Origin: an uncultured Candidatus Rokubacteria bacterium
GTDB lineage: Bacteria > Methylomirabilota > Methylomirabilia > Rokubacteriales > DASRDR01
Direction of reading: 5' to 3'
Assembly (NCBI GenBank): GCA_963708025.1
Contig: CAVPSB010000013.1
Coordinates: 320,001 to 384,000 of the forward strand
DNA: 64,000 nt
Of this stretch, positions 21,124-39,271 are shown piece after piece (position 1 is the first letter of the stretch; every line of letters begins with the position of its first letter). The notes below the pieces were generated by a model that did not search any database, was not told where the DNA came from, and saw only the letters and a program-made list of their open reading frames with translations. The translations under genes were made by a program, and so were the position numbers.

Positions 21124-21500
21124 CCGCCCGGCAGTATAGGAACGCCCGCGACCCGCGTCGATCAGATCAGGTCAGGCGTGTGGTCGAGGCGGCGGCCGGA
21201 GCCGCAACCGCCGAGGACCTGATCGGAACGCTCTCTCGCCACCTCACCTGCACGGACCGGAGCGCCGATCCCGCCGGACGCTTCCCCCTCGCGACGGCGT
21301 CCGACACCGGCCGTGCCGAGGCGTGGCTGCTGCGCAGCCTGATCAAGGATACAGAGGGCTTCATGTCTCACGCGCCGGAGCTGGGCCCCGGTCGTGGCCA
21401 TGTGCGCCCAGGCGGCGCTCGTCGTGAGCGGGCCGGGCCTCCTCCTGCCGGCGGTCGAGGCCCAGGTGGGCTATCGGGTCGAGGCCCTGGGCTGGGGGGG

Positions 21501-21546
21501 CTAGTCAACACAATGGCCGTTCTCGGGCATGGTCTCCCCAGGGGGG
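21501..21546 (+). repeat. Left-arm repeat L2 (starts ctagtcaacacaatg)
   Basis: Direct repeat of L1 and inverted repeat of 22770-22802 (29/33). Confidence 0.92.
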
Positions 21547-21646
21547 CCCGTCCGTCGCGGGCGCGCCGGCGCCGATTCTTGTAAGATGCCCAGGATGGAC
21601 GGACGGGGAGCCTCCCGGATCTGGCGGGCCGCCCGGACGCTATGAC

Positions 21647-22777
21647 GTGCACCGGCTTCGCACGCTGCTGACACTCGGCGCCCTCGCCGGCGGTGGCGTC
21701 CTCGCGGCGCTCCTGCTGCTCGAGATCGGCGTGCGCGCGATCGGGGCGTTCGATCGGAACACCTTCGATCGGCTCGCCGAGGACAGCCCGGTCAAGCCGG
21801 GCCACGACCTGCGCATAGGTCACCTGATCCGCCGCAGCGACGACGACCGCGTCGTGTACGAGCTGCGACCGGGACTCCACGGCCGGTTGCTCGGACACGA
21901 GGTCCGCATCAACGCGCTCGGCATGCGCGATCCGCCGCGCAGCGCCGCCAAGCGCCGCGGCGTCTTCCGGATCCTGGCGCTCGGGGACTCGCACCTCTTC
22001 GGCTGGGGCGTCGGCCAGGACGAGTCCTTCGCGCCGGTGCTCGAAGGCCTGCTGGCGGCCCGTGGGCCGGGCCGCTTCGAGGTGCTGAACGCCGGCGTGC
22101 CCGGCTACAACACCGTCATGGAAGCGCGCGTCTTCGAGCGCCGCGCCGCGGAGCTCGCGCCCGATCTGGTGCTGATTCACTACGTCTACAACGACATGGA
22201 CATGCCGAACTTCCTGGCCACGCCGACCGACCCCTGGACGCTGCGGCACTCGTATCTCGCCGAGCTGGTGCGGCGCCGCCTGGCGCGGCTCGGCGGCGCC
22301 ACCCTGCTGCCCAGCGAGCTGTTCGGAACGGCGCTGGACCCGGAGACGGGCCGCTACCGCATCCCGGACGACCGGATCCCCGAGCGCTACCGGCCGCTCC
22401 AGGGCTGGGACCGCATGGTCGAGGCCTACCGGAGCCTCGCCGCGCTCGCGCGGGCCCGCGCCATCCCGTATGCCGTGCTGGTCCACTGGAACGACTATGG
22501 GCCGCGGCTGGCCGGGCGGGGCGACGACGCGCTGCCCGAGCGCGTGCGGGGGCTGAAGCGGACCCTCGCCGCCGAGGGCTACATCGTCATCGACCCCCAG
22601 GATCGCGCGGTGGAGACCTTGCGCCGGCAAGGGCTGCCGGGGCAGGCGCTCTGGATCAAGCCCACCGACACCCACATGAGTCGCCTGTTCCACCGGATCG
22701 CCGCGCGCGAGATCCTCGAGCGGCTCGACGGCGCGGGCGTCCTCCCGGCGACGCCCTCCCCCCCCAGGGGGCCATGA
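21647..22777 (+). CDS. SGNH/GDSL hydrolase family protein, membrane anchored
   Basis: N-terminal TM helix. LALGDS, NAGVPGY, YVYND and DTH blocks. Confidence 0.88.
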   Translation: MHRLRTLLTLGALAGGGVLAALLLLEIGVRAIGAFDRNTFDRLAEDSPVKPGHDLRIGHLIRRSDDDRVVYELRPGLHGRLLGHEVRINALGMRDPPRSAAKRRGVFRILALGDSHLFGWGVGQDESFAPVLEGLLAARGPGRFEVLNAGVPGYNTVMEARVFERRAAELAPDLVLIHYVYNDMDMPNFLATPTDPWTLRHSYLAELVRRRLARLGGATLLPSELFGTALDPETGRYRIPDDRIPERYRPLQGWDRMVEAYRSLAALARARAIPYAVLVHWNDYGPRLAGRGDDALPERVRGLKRTLAAEGYIVIDPQDRAVETLRRQGLPGQALWIKPTDTHMSRLFHRIAAREILERLDGAGVLPATPSPPRGP

Positions 22778-22802
22778 CCGAGAAGGGGCATTGTGTTGAC
22801 TA
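22762..22802 (-). repeat. Right-arm repeat R
   Basis: Reverse complement tagtcaacacaatgccccttctcggtcatggcc matches L2. Contains the SGNH stop codon. Confidence 0.9.
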
Positions 22803-22974
22803 CCTCCTTTCGTGTTCGCGGCGCGCATAGTGACGATACGTGGCTCGTTCAGCCCGTGCGACCCGCGACGACCGAGGGGGCGCGCCGGCGCTTCACGCCC
22901 TTCGTCCTCACCAGAGCAGCACGCGAAGCGTCTCCCAGCGCGAGGGCGGCGGCATCGGGGCGCTGGGAGACGGC

Positions 22975-23315
22975 ACCGGGAAAGCCGTGCCCGCGCCGGC
23001 GCGCGTAGGCCGCCAGCGCGTAGGCCGCCAGGTAGAGATCCACGTACTCGCGCGCCGCCTGGGTCCAGGAGTGGTCGTCCCGCATCGCGCGGCGGCGCAT
23101 CGCCTCAATGTGCGCCGGCCGGTCGTACCACGTCGAGACGGCCCATCCGATCGTGTCGGCGAGGCTCCCCTGCGAGGTCACCGAACACGAACCCGGTGCC
23201 GGCCCCGCTCGCCTTGTCGTAGCTCCACCGTGTCCACCAGCCCGTCGGTGGCCCGGACGATGGGCAACGCCCCCTACCGCTTTAGCCGCCGCACGGTGCG
23301 CCCGCAGGCCGGGCG
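22975..23315 (-). pseudogene. glgA: Glycogen synthase C-terminal remnant
   Basis: R*GALPIVRATDGLVDTVE..GTGFVF..DTIGWAVSTWYDRP..RRAM..SW..AREYVDLY, with an in-frame TAG, frameshifts and a 15-bp tandem duplication at 23001-23030. Confidence 0.8.
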
Positions 23316-23341
23316 AGTTCTCGGCGCGCGCTCGCGCCGGA

Positions 23342-25758
23342 TCAGTACGGCCACTTCCAGTCGTCGACCTCCGGCTTGTCGATGCCGTGCTCGTAGGCGT
23401 AGTTCTGGCACTCGATCTGCATGTTGCGCAGCTTCTCCTTGGCGTGGGCACCGGCCACGTGCAGCGCGGGCACGCGGTCGATGACGTCGATGGCCAGGCT
23501 GAAGCGGTCGATCTGGTTCTGGATGGCCAGATCGAGCGGCGTGTTGATGTTGCCCTTCTCCTTGTAGCCGCGCACGTGCAGGTTCTTGTGGTTGGTGCGC
23601 CGGTAGGTCAGGCGATGGATCAGCCAGGGATAGCCGTGGAAGTTGAAGATGATCGGCTTGTCCACGGTGAACAGGCTGTCGAAGTCCCGGTCCGAGAGGC
23701 CGTGCGGATGCTCGCTGGACGGGCGTGAGCTTGTAGCAGGTCCACCACGTTGACGAAGCGGATCTTGAGGTCGGGGAAGTGCTCCCGCAGCAGCACCACC
23801 GCCGCCAGCGCCTCCTTGGTGGGGATGTCGCCGGCGCAGGCCATCACCACGTCCGGCTCGACGCCCTCGTCGTTGCTCGCCTTGCGCCAGATGCCGATGC
23901 CCTTGGTGCAGTGCGCGATGGCCTCGTCCATGGTCATGTACTGCAGGTGCTTCTGCTTGTCGCAGACGATCACGTTGATGTAGTCGGTGCTCCGCAGGCA
24001 GTGATCGGCCACGCTGAGCAGAGCAGTTGACATCCGGCGGCAGGTAGATGCGGCAGACATCCGGGCTCTTGTTCACCACCACGTCGAGGAAGCCGGGATC
24101 CTGGTGGGTGAAGCCGTTGTGATCCTGGCGCCACACGGTGGAGGTGATCAGCAGGTTGAGCGAGGACACCGGCGCCCGCCAGGGCAGCTCGCGGCAGATG
24201 GCGAGCCACTTGGCGTGCTGGTTGAACATGGAATCGATGACGTGGACGAAGGCTTCGTAGGTGGAGAAGAAGCCGTGGCGGCCGGTGAGCAGATAGCCTT
24301 CGAGCCAGCCCTCCAGGGTGTGCTCCGAGAGCATCTCCAGGACCCGGCCGTCGGGCGACAGCTCGCCGCCGTCGGCGTCCTCCGGCAGGTAGTCGGCCAG
24401 CCACAGCTTCTTGCTCACCTCGTAGATGGCATCGAGCTTGTTCGAGCGTGTTCTCGTCGGGGCCGAAGACGCGGAAGTTCGTCATGTTCTGCCGCATGAT
24501 GTCGCGCAGGAAGCGCGCCCAGCGGGCGGGTGTTCTCGGCCGCGACCTGCCCGGGCTTCTCCACCTCGATGGCATAGTCGCGGAAGTCCGGCATGCGCAG
24601 CGGCTTCCGCAGCAAGCCCGCCGTTGGCGTGAGGATTGGCGCTCATGCGCCGCGTGCCCTTGGGGGCGAGCGCCTTCAGTTCCGGGATCAGCCGCCCGTT
24701 GTCGTCGAACAGCTCCTCGGGCTTGTAGCTGCGCAGCCAGTCTTCCAGCTGCTTCAGATGGGCCGGGTTCTCGTGCACGCCCGAGAGCGGCACCTGGTGG
24801 GCGCGCCAGAAGCCTTCCACCTTGTGGCCGTCCACTTCCTTGGGGCCGGTCCAGCCCTTGGGGCTGCGCAGCACGATCATGGGCCAGCGCGGCCGGGTGG
24901 GCTTGCCGCTCGCGCGCGCCTCCTGCTGGATGCGGCGAATCTCCAGCACGCAGTCCTCCAGGGTCGCGGCCATCTTCTGGTGCATGAGCTCGGGATCGTC
25001 GCCCTTCCACGAAATGGGGCGTCCAGCCGTAGCCCTTGAACAGGCTCTCCAGCTCCTCGTGGGAGATGCGCGAGAGCAGCGTCGGGTTGTTGATCTTGTA
25101 GCCGTTGAGATGCAGGATCGGCAGCACCGCGCCGTCGCGGATCGGGTTCAGGAACTTGTTGGAATGCCAGGAGGTGGCCAGCGGCCCGGTCTCCGCTTCG
25201 CCGTCGCCCACCACCACCGCCACCAGCAGGTCCGGATTGTCGAAGGCGGCGCCGAAGGCGTGCGAGACGCTGTAGCCCAGCTCGCCGCCTTCGTGGATGG
25301 AGCCCGGCGTCTCCGGCGTGCAGTGGCTGCCGATGCCGCCGGGGAAGGAGAATTCCTTGAAGAACTCGCGCATCCCCTCCTCGTCCTCGCCCTTGTTCGG
25401 ATAGATCTCCGAGTAGGCGCCCTCCAGATAGACCGGCGCCAGCACGCCCGGCGCGCCGTGGCCGGGGCCGGCCAGGAAGATGGCGTCCAGGTCGTACTTG
25501 TTGATCAGGCGGTTGAGGTGAATGTAGGCGAAGCTCAAGCCGGGACTCGCGCCCCAGTGCCCCAGCAGGCGCTGCTTGATGTGCTCCGGCTTCAAGGGCT
25601 CGCGGAGCAGCGGATTGGTCGCGCAGATAGATCATGCCGGCGGCCAGGTAGTTGCAGGCCCGCCAGTAGGCGTCGATCTTGCGAAGCTCGTCGGCGGACA
25701 GCCGGTCCTTGCTGGCGTCCGCGCTCGTCGCCGTCACATCGGTCCGTACCGGTGTCAT
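23342..25758 (-). CDS. xfp: Phosphoketolase (multiple single-base frameshifts)
   Basis: [43 protein letters not shown] and RGYKEKG across several frames. Confidence 0.9.
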
Positions 25759-25850
25759 CGTCTCTCCTCCGTGTTCGACCGTCGGTCAACCTCGTCCATG
25801 ACCGCCCGCGGCGGGGTCCATCCTCGCCATGGGCCGTCGTCTCGACCACC

Positions 25851-26932
25851 TCACTGCGTGGGGATCGTCAGGACGGGGGCGCCTTCCCGGCCCCCCGTCT
25901 CCACGAGCGTGAAGATGAACATCAGGAACGAGAACATCCGCTTGGAGGCCATGTCGCGGTCGTCGATCGAGAACCAGTGGCCGCGATAGGGCACCGCCGC
26001 GAACGCGTCACCGGTGCGCTCCGCCGAGCTGGCGACCCGGATCAGCGGCGGGAGCGCACCCTCGGGCCCCGCTTCGTCCTCCTGCGTCGGCCCCACCCGT
26101 CGCTCCGTCACGTGCACCTCGGGCACGCTGATGAACGACGAGACGTCGACGAGCACCTCGAGGATCGACCGGCTCAGGATGGCGACCTCCCGGTCGGTCG
26201 CGGCCACGGACCCGTAGACGACCTGGAATTCCGAGGCGGTCGGGTCGAGGCCCAGGAGCTTCCGCACGGCGAGCGCGGCCTCGGCGGTGGCCGGGTCGAT
26301 CCGCTGGCGGAGGGTCAGGAGGATCGCCGTCTCGCGATCGACCCGCTGGACGCGCAGGCCGATGCCGCCCGCCAGCTGGATCTTCCGCAGGTCTCGCAGC
26401 AGAGCGTGGAACTCCGGGTCGGCCGGGCGCGCCCGGTAGTCGCCGCCGTAGCGGTTGCGGATCCCGTTCACCTCGTGCACGGCCAGTCGCAGCACCACGT
26501 CCACGGGATACCCGGCCTGGATGAGACCCATGAGGGCCGGCGGGGGCAGCGGCGTCATCATGGCGCGCGCGAATCGCTCCCCCACCAGGGGCGCGTAGGT
26601 GATGGTCGGGCGGTCGATGTACCGGCCCTGGGCCGCCAGGGAGACGCTGCTGTCGGGGACGCCCGGGACGACGCTGCCGGAGCTGAAGAGCGTCCCCCGG
26701 CCTGGACCGTGCTCTCCAGCGTGTAGCCGCTGACGATCTGCCCGACGTCCAGGAACACCGGGGTGTCGCCGTAGCGCAGCTTGACCAGGTTCAGGAGCAT
26801 CTGGCTCTTCCACGACTCGGCCACCGCGGAGGTGTAGTCGAACCGGTCCCGCGTCACCGTCCCCGGCCCGATGCTCGCGCATCCCGCCAGGCCGAGCGCC
26901 GCGAGGAGCGACAGCGCCCCGCTTCGCGACAT
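25851..26932 (-). CDS. Conserved hypothetical lipoprotein (frameshift near 26700)
   Basis: Lipobox [51 protein letters not shown] and PVLTIP. Confidence 0.8.
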
Positions 26933-26939
26933 CCATCGC

Positions 26940-31750
<4,811 letters not shown>

Positions 31751-31786
31751 GGCCTCTTCCCCCCCGGTGCTCGTGCGGTTCGATCC

Positions 31787-33432
31787 TCAGGCGCCCAGGG
31801 CATTGCTCACGATCTCCTGCGCCTCGCCGACCAAAGCGTCCAGGTGCGCCTGGTCCCGGAAGCTCTCGGCGTAGACCTTGTAGAGGTTCTCGGTGCCGGA
31901 GGGCCGGGCCGCGAACCACCCGCTGGCCGCCACCACCTTCAGCCCGTCGATGGGGGCGTCGTTCCCCGGCGCCCGGGTCAGCTTGGCGGTGATCGGCTCG
32001 CCGGCGAGCCGCGATGCCCTGACCGCCTCGGGTGACAGCTTCTGCAGGCGGGCCTTCTGCTCGGGGCTCGCCGGAGCGTCGATGCGCGTGTAGTAGGACA
32101 TGCCCAGCTCCGCCGCCAGCTCCCGGTACTGCTCGCCCGGGTCCTTCCCCGTGCGGGCGGTGATCTCCGCGGCCAGCAGGTCCATGATGAGGCCGTCCTT
32201 GTCGGTCGTCCACACGGTGCCGTCGCGTCGCAGGAAGCTGGCCCCGGCGCTCTCCTCGCCGCCGAAGCAGCAGGAGCCGTCGAACAGGCCCGGCACGAAC
32301 CACTTGAAGCCGACCGGGACCTCGAACAGCCGCCGGCCGAGGCTGGCCACGACCCGGTCGATGATGGCGCTGCTGACCAGCGTCTTGCCGACCGCGGCGT
32401 GGGCCGGCCAGCGGGGGCGGTGCCCGAGGAGGTAGCGGATGGCGACGGCCAGGTAGTGGTTGGGGTTCAGCAGCCCCGCCGAGGGGGTGACGATGCCGTG
32501 CCGGTCCGCGTCGGCGTCGTTGGCGAAGGCGACGTGGAACCGGTCCTTGAGGCCGACCAGCCGGGCCATGGCGTACGGGCTCGAGCAGTCCATCCGGATC
32601 TTGCCGTCGTGGTCGACGGTCATGAACGAGAACGTCGGGTCGATCACCGGGTTGACGACGGCGATGTCCAGCCCGTAGAGCGCGTTGATCGGCTCCCAGT
32701 ACGGCCGGGCGGCGCCGCCGAGCGGGTCCACGCCCAGCCGCAGGCCGGCGCCGCGGATCGCCTCCATGTCGACGACGCTGCCGCAGGTCCTGGACGTAGG
32801 GCAGGACGAGGTCCTCCTGGTGCGTCGTCCCCGCCTTGATGGCCGCGGCGAACGGCAGTCGCTTGACGCCGGCGTTGCCTCGGCGCAGCAGGTCGTTCGC
32901 CCGGTCCTGGACCCACCGCGTCACGTCGGTGTCGGCGGGGCCGCCATGGGGCGGGTTGTACTTGAAGCCGCCGTCCTCGGGCGGGTTGTGCGACGGCGTG
33001 ACCACGATGCCGTCCGCGAGGTGCGCCGTGCGGCCACGGTTGTAGACGAGGATGGCGCGCGAGATGACGGGCGTCGGGGTGACGCCGTCGTCCTGCTGGA
33101 TGACGGTCGTCCACCTCGTTGGCCGCGAGGACCTCGAGCGCCGTGCGCTGGGCCGGCCCGGAGACGCGCGTGGGTGTCCTTGCCCATGTAGAGCGGGCCG
33201 TCGATGCCCTGGCCGCGGCGGTAGTCGCAGATGGCCTGGGTGATGGCCAGGATGTGGGCCTCGTTGAACGAGCCGTCGAGCGGCGAGCCCCGGTGTCCGC
33301 TGGTGCCGAAGCGGACGAGCTGGGTCGGGTCCCCGGGTCGGGCTTGCGGTCGTGGTACTCGCGCTCGAGCCGGACCAGGTCCACCAGCATCGCCTTCGGC
33401 GCCGGCTGGCCCGCCAGGGGCGAGATCGGCAC
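31787..33432 (-). CDS. pgm: Phosphoglucomutase (multiple frameshifts)
   Basis: [37 protein letters not shown] and ARPSGTE. GTG start with AAGGA RBS. Confidence 0.9.
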
Positions 33433-33449
33433 GGGATCCTTCGTCTCGG

Positions 33450-35966
<2,517 letters not shown>

Positions 35967-36169
35967 CGCCGTGCCCTTTCCATCAGCATCGCTGCCATCC
36001 CTGTCCGAGGTCAACCGTCCCCTTGACGACAACCCGCCGGCGCGCCGAGATGGCGCGGGCCGGCATCATCGGCACGATCGAACGAGGAGCAGCTCCACTC
36101 GTGGCGTGTCTCGCCAAGATACCAAGTCACGCCCTCGGGGGGAAGGTGTCGCTCCTCGGGTCTCGCGCC

Positions 36170-36455
36170 CCGGGTGCCCCATGGTCGGATCGGTCGAGAA
36201 CTTCTCGATGGTGAGCGTGGCCTTCTGCACCAGCGCCTTGGCCTCGGCGGCGTCGTCGGCGAACGCGGGCATCGCCCCGGCCGCCACGCCCAGGACCGCC
36301 AGCACACCAACGACCGTTCCCCGCTCCGTGTCACGGCTCCGCCCGTCGATCGTCAGCGTGAAGTCCGGGTGTCCGAAGATCGCGGCGCCGCCGTACACGT
36401 CGAAGAACACCTCGGCGCCGGCGGGAGTCCCCCCACCAGGCTCACCAAGCCCATG
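36170..36455 (-). pseudogene. Mosaic of two secreted-protein 5' remnants (beta-barrel-like start fused to a SYLF-like start)
   Basis: AGAEVFFDVYGGAAIF followed by a second signal peptide VLAVLGVAAGAMPAFA-DDAAEAKALVQKATLTIEKF. The latter resembles the start of 14322-14894. Confidence 0.45.
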
Positions 36456-36588
36456 ACCGCCGGGGCGTACCAGGTACGGGGCCCCGCCGGCAGGCGACCG
36501 GCGCTCCTCCGCTATGCTGCATGTGGGACGACCTGATCAGGAACGTCACGACGCTTCCTTCCCTACCCAGTTCGAGGTGGCTCGCCGG

Positions 36589-36840
36589 TCAGCCATCGTG
36601 CGACTCCTCGAGGCCGGCCAGCATCGCCATGATGAACGCGAGCAGGTCATCGACCGACGTGAAGCGCGATCGGCGGCCCGTCTGCAGATGCTCGATCCGC
36701 CCCGCGACGGTTCCCAGCCGGGCGTCGGTCTCGGCGCCGAACTGCACCACGAAGGCTTTCGCGAACGGCAGCGCCGGCCGGTCGTCGGCCCGGCCCGGGA
36801 CCGGGCCTTCCGCCCCCGCACGAGCATCGTCATGCGCCAT
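36589..36840 (-). CDS. Small hypothetical protein, 83 aa, copy 2
   Basis: Paralog of 17586-17837 with the same length. Confidence 0.8.
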   Translation of the reverse strand: MAHDDARAGAEGPVPGRADDRPALPFAKAFVVQFGAETDARLGTVAGRIEHLQTGRRSRFTSVDDLLAFIMAMLAGLEESHDG

Positions 36841-36872
36841 GGCTTCGTCCGCTGTCATCCTGCCCCCGGGCG

Positions 36873-36914
36873 CCGGCGGAAGTCCTGAGGGAAACCGCAA
36901 ATTTGTCCAAAACC
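36873..36914 (-). promoter_or_regulatory. Conserved 42-bp upstream block, copy 2
   Basis: 41/42 identical to 17877-17918. Confidence 0.65.
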
Positions 36915-37011
36915 GCTTGACGCGGCATCCCCTCCGGCAGATCATCCTACCGATCGATGGACTCCCTTGTCGGATCGGACGTGCAGTGGACGCCTTCTCC
37001 CCGTCCGGATC

Positions 37012-39195
37012 ATGAGCACACCCCCTGACGGCGCCAGCGAAAAGAAGCCAGCCGCCCCCTCCCGGTTCATCCTCTGGGGGCTCGGGCTGGGATTGGCCTG
37101 CGGCTTGCTTTTCGGCGAGTATTGCCGGCCGCTGCTGCTCGTCGGGGAGGCCTACGTGAAGCTGCTGCAGATGACCGTGATGCCCTACATCACGGTCTCG
37201 CTGATCCTCGGCATCGGCGGCCTGACCGGCGTCCAGGCCAAGGAGCTGGCCCGCAAGGCGGGCGCGTTGCTGCTCGTCTTCTGGGGCATCGCGTTGGTGG
37301 CAGTGGTGCTCATGCCGCTGTCGTTCCCGAAGTGGCAAACGGCGGCGTTCTTCAGCTCGTCTCTGGTCGAGCAGCCCCAGGAGAGAGACCTGCTGGACCT
37401 GTACATCCCGTCCAACCCGTTCCGCTCGCTGGCCGACAACGTCGTGCCTGCAGTCGTCTTGTTCAGCATCCTGGTCGGCGTCGCCCTCATGGGCGTGAAG
37501 GGGAAGTCGACGCTCCTGCCCGGACTGGCCATCGCCACGGAGACGCTGAGCCGGGTCACCAAGCTCATCGTCCGGCTCACGCCGCTCGGCCTGTTCGCCA
37601 TCGTGGCGTCGGCCTCCGGCACCATGAGCCTGGAGGAGTTCAGCCGCCTGCACGTGTACCTGCTGGCCTACATCGCGGCCGCGCTGTTCCTGACGTTCTG
37701 GGTGCTGCCCGGCCTGTTGACGATGGCCACGCCGTTCGGCTACTGGGAGCTGACCCGGCTGTCGCGCGATGCGCTGATCACCGCGTTCGTCACCGGCAAC
37801 CTCCTGGTCGTCCTGCCGGTGCTGACCAGCCATGTCAAGGAGCTGTTCCGCCACCGCAACCTGCTGCAAGAGACGACCGAGGCGTACGCCGACGTCATCG
37901 TGCCGGTGTCGTTCAACTTCCCGAACGTGGGCAAGCTGCTGCTGCTGATCTTCGTCCTGTTCGCCGGCTGGTTCTCCGGGTCGCCGGTCAGCGCGGGCCA
38001 GTATCCGACGCTGATGGTGACGGGGCTGCTGAGCTTCTTCGGCAGCACGAACGTGGCCATCCCCTACCTGCTCGATCTGCTGAAGCTGCCGCACGATCTC
38101 TTCCAGCTTTATCTTGTCTCGGGTCTGGTGACCGGGCGGTTCGCGTCGCTGCTGGCCGCCATGAACCTCCTGGTCTTCACGGTCCTCTCGGTCGCCTTGC
38201 TGGCCGGCGGGGCCTCCATCCGGCGGGCGCGGCTGCTGACCTATCTCGGCCTGACCGCGCTGCTCACGGTGGGACTGATCGGCGGCCTGCGCCTCTACTT
38301 CGGCAGCTTCGTGAAGAACACCTCGTCGATGGCCGACGTCGTGAGCCAGATGCACCTGCTGCGAGAATCGGTGCCGGCCCTGGTCCACCCCGCGCCGCCC
38401 TCCGCGCCACCGCACACACCCGGACAGACCCGCCTCCGGGAGATCCAGGAGCGCGGGTTCGTGCGCGTGGGGTACCTGAAGGACCGGCTGCCCTACGCGT
38501 TCGAGAACGCGCGCCGGCAGCTGGTCGGGCTCGACATCGAGATGGCTCACGACCTGGCCCGCACGCTCGAAGTCGCCCTCGAGTTCGTGCCCGTTGACCG
38601 GGAGCGGCTGGCCGCTCAGCTCAACGCGGGCGACTGTGACATCCTGATATCCGGCATCGCGCTCACGCCCGACCGGGCCGCGCAGCTGAGCCTCTCGGTG
38701 CCCTATCGCAGCGAGACGGTAGCCGTGGTGGTCCCGAGCTATCGCCGCCAGGAGTTCCGCTCCCGGGACGCCATCCAGGAGCACGCGGGACTGCGGGTGG
38801 GCATCCTCGGCGACCCGTACTTCACCGCGAGGGTCCGCGAGTCCCTGCCCCGGGTCAACTGGGTCGAGCTGTCCTCGCCGCGCGAGTTCTTCGAGGGAGC
38901 GCAGCCGGCCCTCGATGCCTTCCTGTTCACGGCGGAGGCCGGCTCCGCCTGGACGCTCCTGTACCCCCGATTCGCCGTCGTGGTGCCGCAGCCCGGCCTG
39001 CTGTCGATCCCGATGGCCTACGCGGTCGCTCGCGGCGACCAGGAGCTCCTGGACTACGTCAACGCCTGGCTCGAGCTCAAGCAGAAGGACCGCACCGCGG
39101 AGCGGCTGTACGACTACTGGATCCTGGGACGCGGCGCCGCCGCGAGGCAGCCGCGCTGGTCGGTCGTCCGCGACGTCCTCCACTGGGTCAAGTGA
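37012..39195 (+). CDS. Cation:dicarboxylate (DAACS) symporter fused to a C-terminal family-3 substrate-binding domain
   Basis: YVKLLQMTVMPY, IPSNPF and LTPLGLF in the transporter part. LREIQERGFVRVG..LVGLDIEMAHDLA..AYAV in the SBP part. Confidence 0.85.
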   Translation: MSTPPDGASEKKPAAPSRFILWGLGLGLACGLLFGEYCRPLLLVGEAYVKLLQMTVMPYITVSLILGIGGLTGVQAKELARKAGALLLVFWGIALVAVVLMPLSFPKWQTAAFFSSSLVEQPQERDLLDLYIPSNPFRSLADNVVPAVVLFSILVGVALMGVKGKSTLLPGLAIATETLSRVTKLIVRLTPLGLFAIVASASGTMSLEEFSRLHVYLLAYIAAALFLTFWVLPGLLTMATPFGYWELTRLSRDALITAFVTGNLLVVLPVLTSHVKELFRHRNLLQETTEAYADVIVPVSFNFPNVGKLLLLIFVLFAGWFSGSPVSAGQYPTLMVTGLLSFFGSTNVAIPYLLDLLKLPHDLFQLYLVSGLVTGRFASLLAAMNLLVFTVLSVALLAGGASIRRARLLTYLGLTALLTVGLIGGLRLYFGSFVKNTSSMADVVSQMHLLRESVPALVHPAPPSAPPHTPGQTRLREIQERGFVRVGYLKDRLPYAFENARRQLVGLDIEMAHDLARTLEVALEFVPVDRERLAAQLNAGDCDILISGIALTPDRAAQLSLSVPYRSETVAVVVPSYRRQEFRSRDAIQEHAGLRVGILGDPYFTARVRESLPRVNWVELSSPREFFEGAQPALDAFLFTAEAGSAWTLLYPRFAVVVPQPGLLSIPMAYAVARGDQELLDYVNAWLELKQKDRTAERLYDYWILGRGAAARQPRWSVVRDVLHWVK

Positions 39196-39227
39196 AACCC
39201 GCCACCCTCGGCTCGCCCCGATCGGGG

Positions 39228-39256
39228 TTGCACGGCGCGGCTGTTCTCGATACGCT
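39228..39256 (+). promoter_or_regulatory. Putative sigma70 promoter of nrfHA
   Basis: TTGCAC-17 bp-TACGCT, 15 nt upstream of the ATG. Confidence 0.45.
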
Positions 39257-39271
39257 GCACTGGCGGATACA

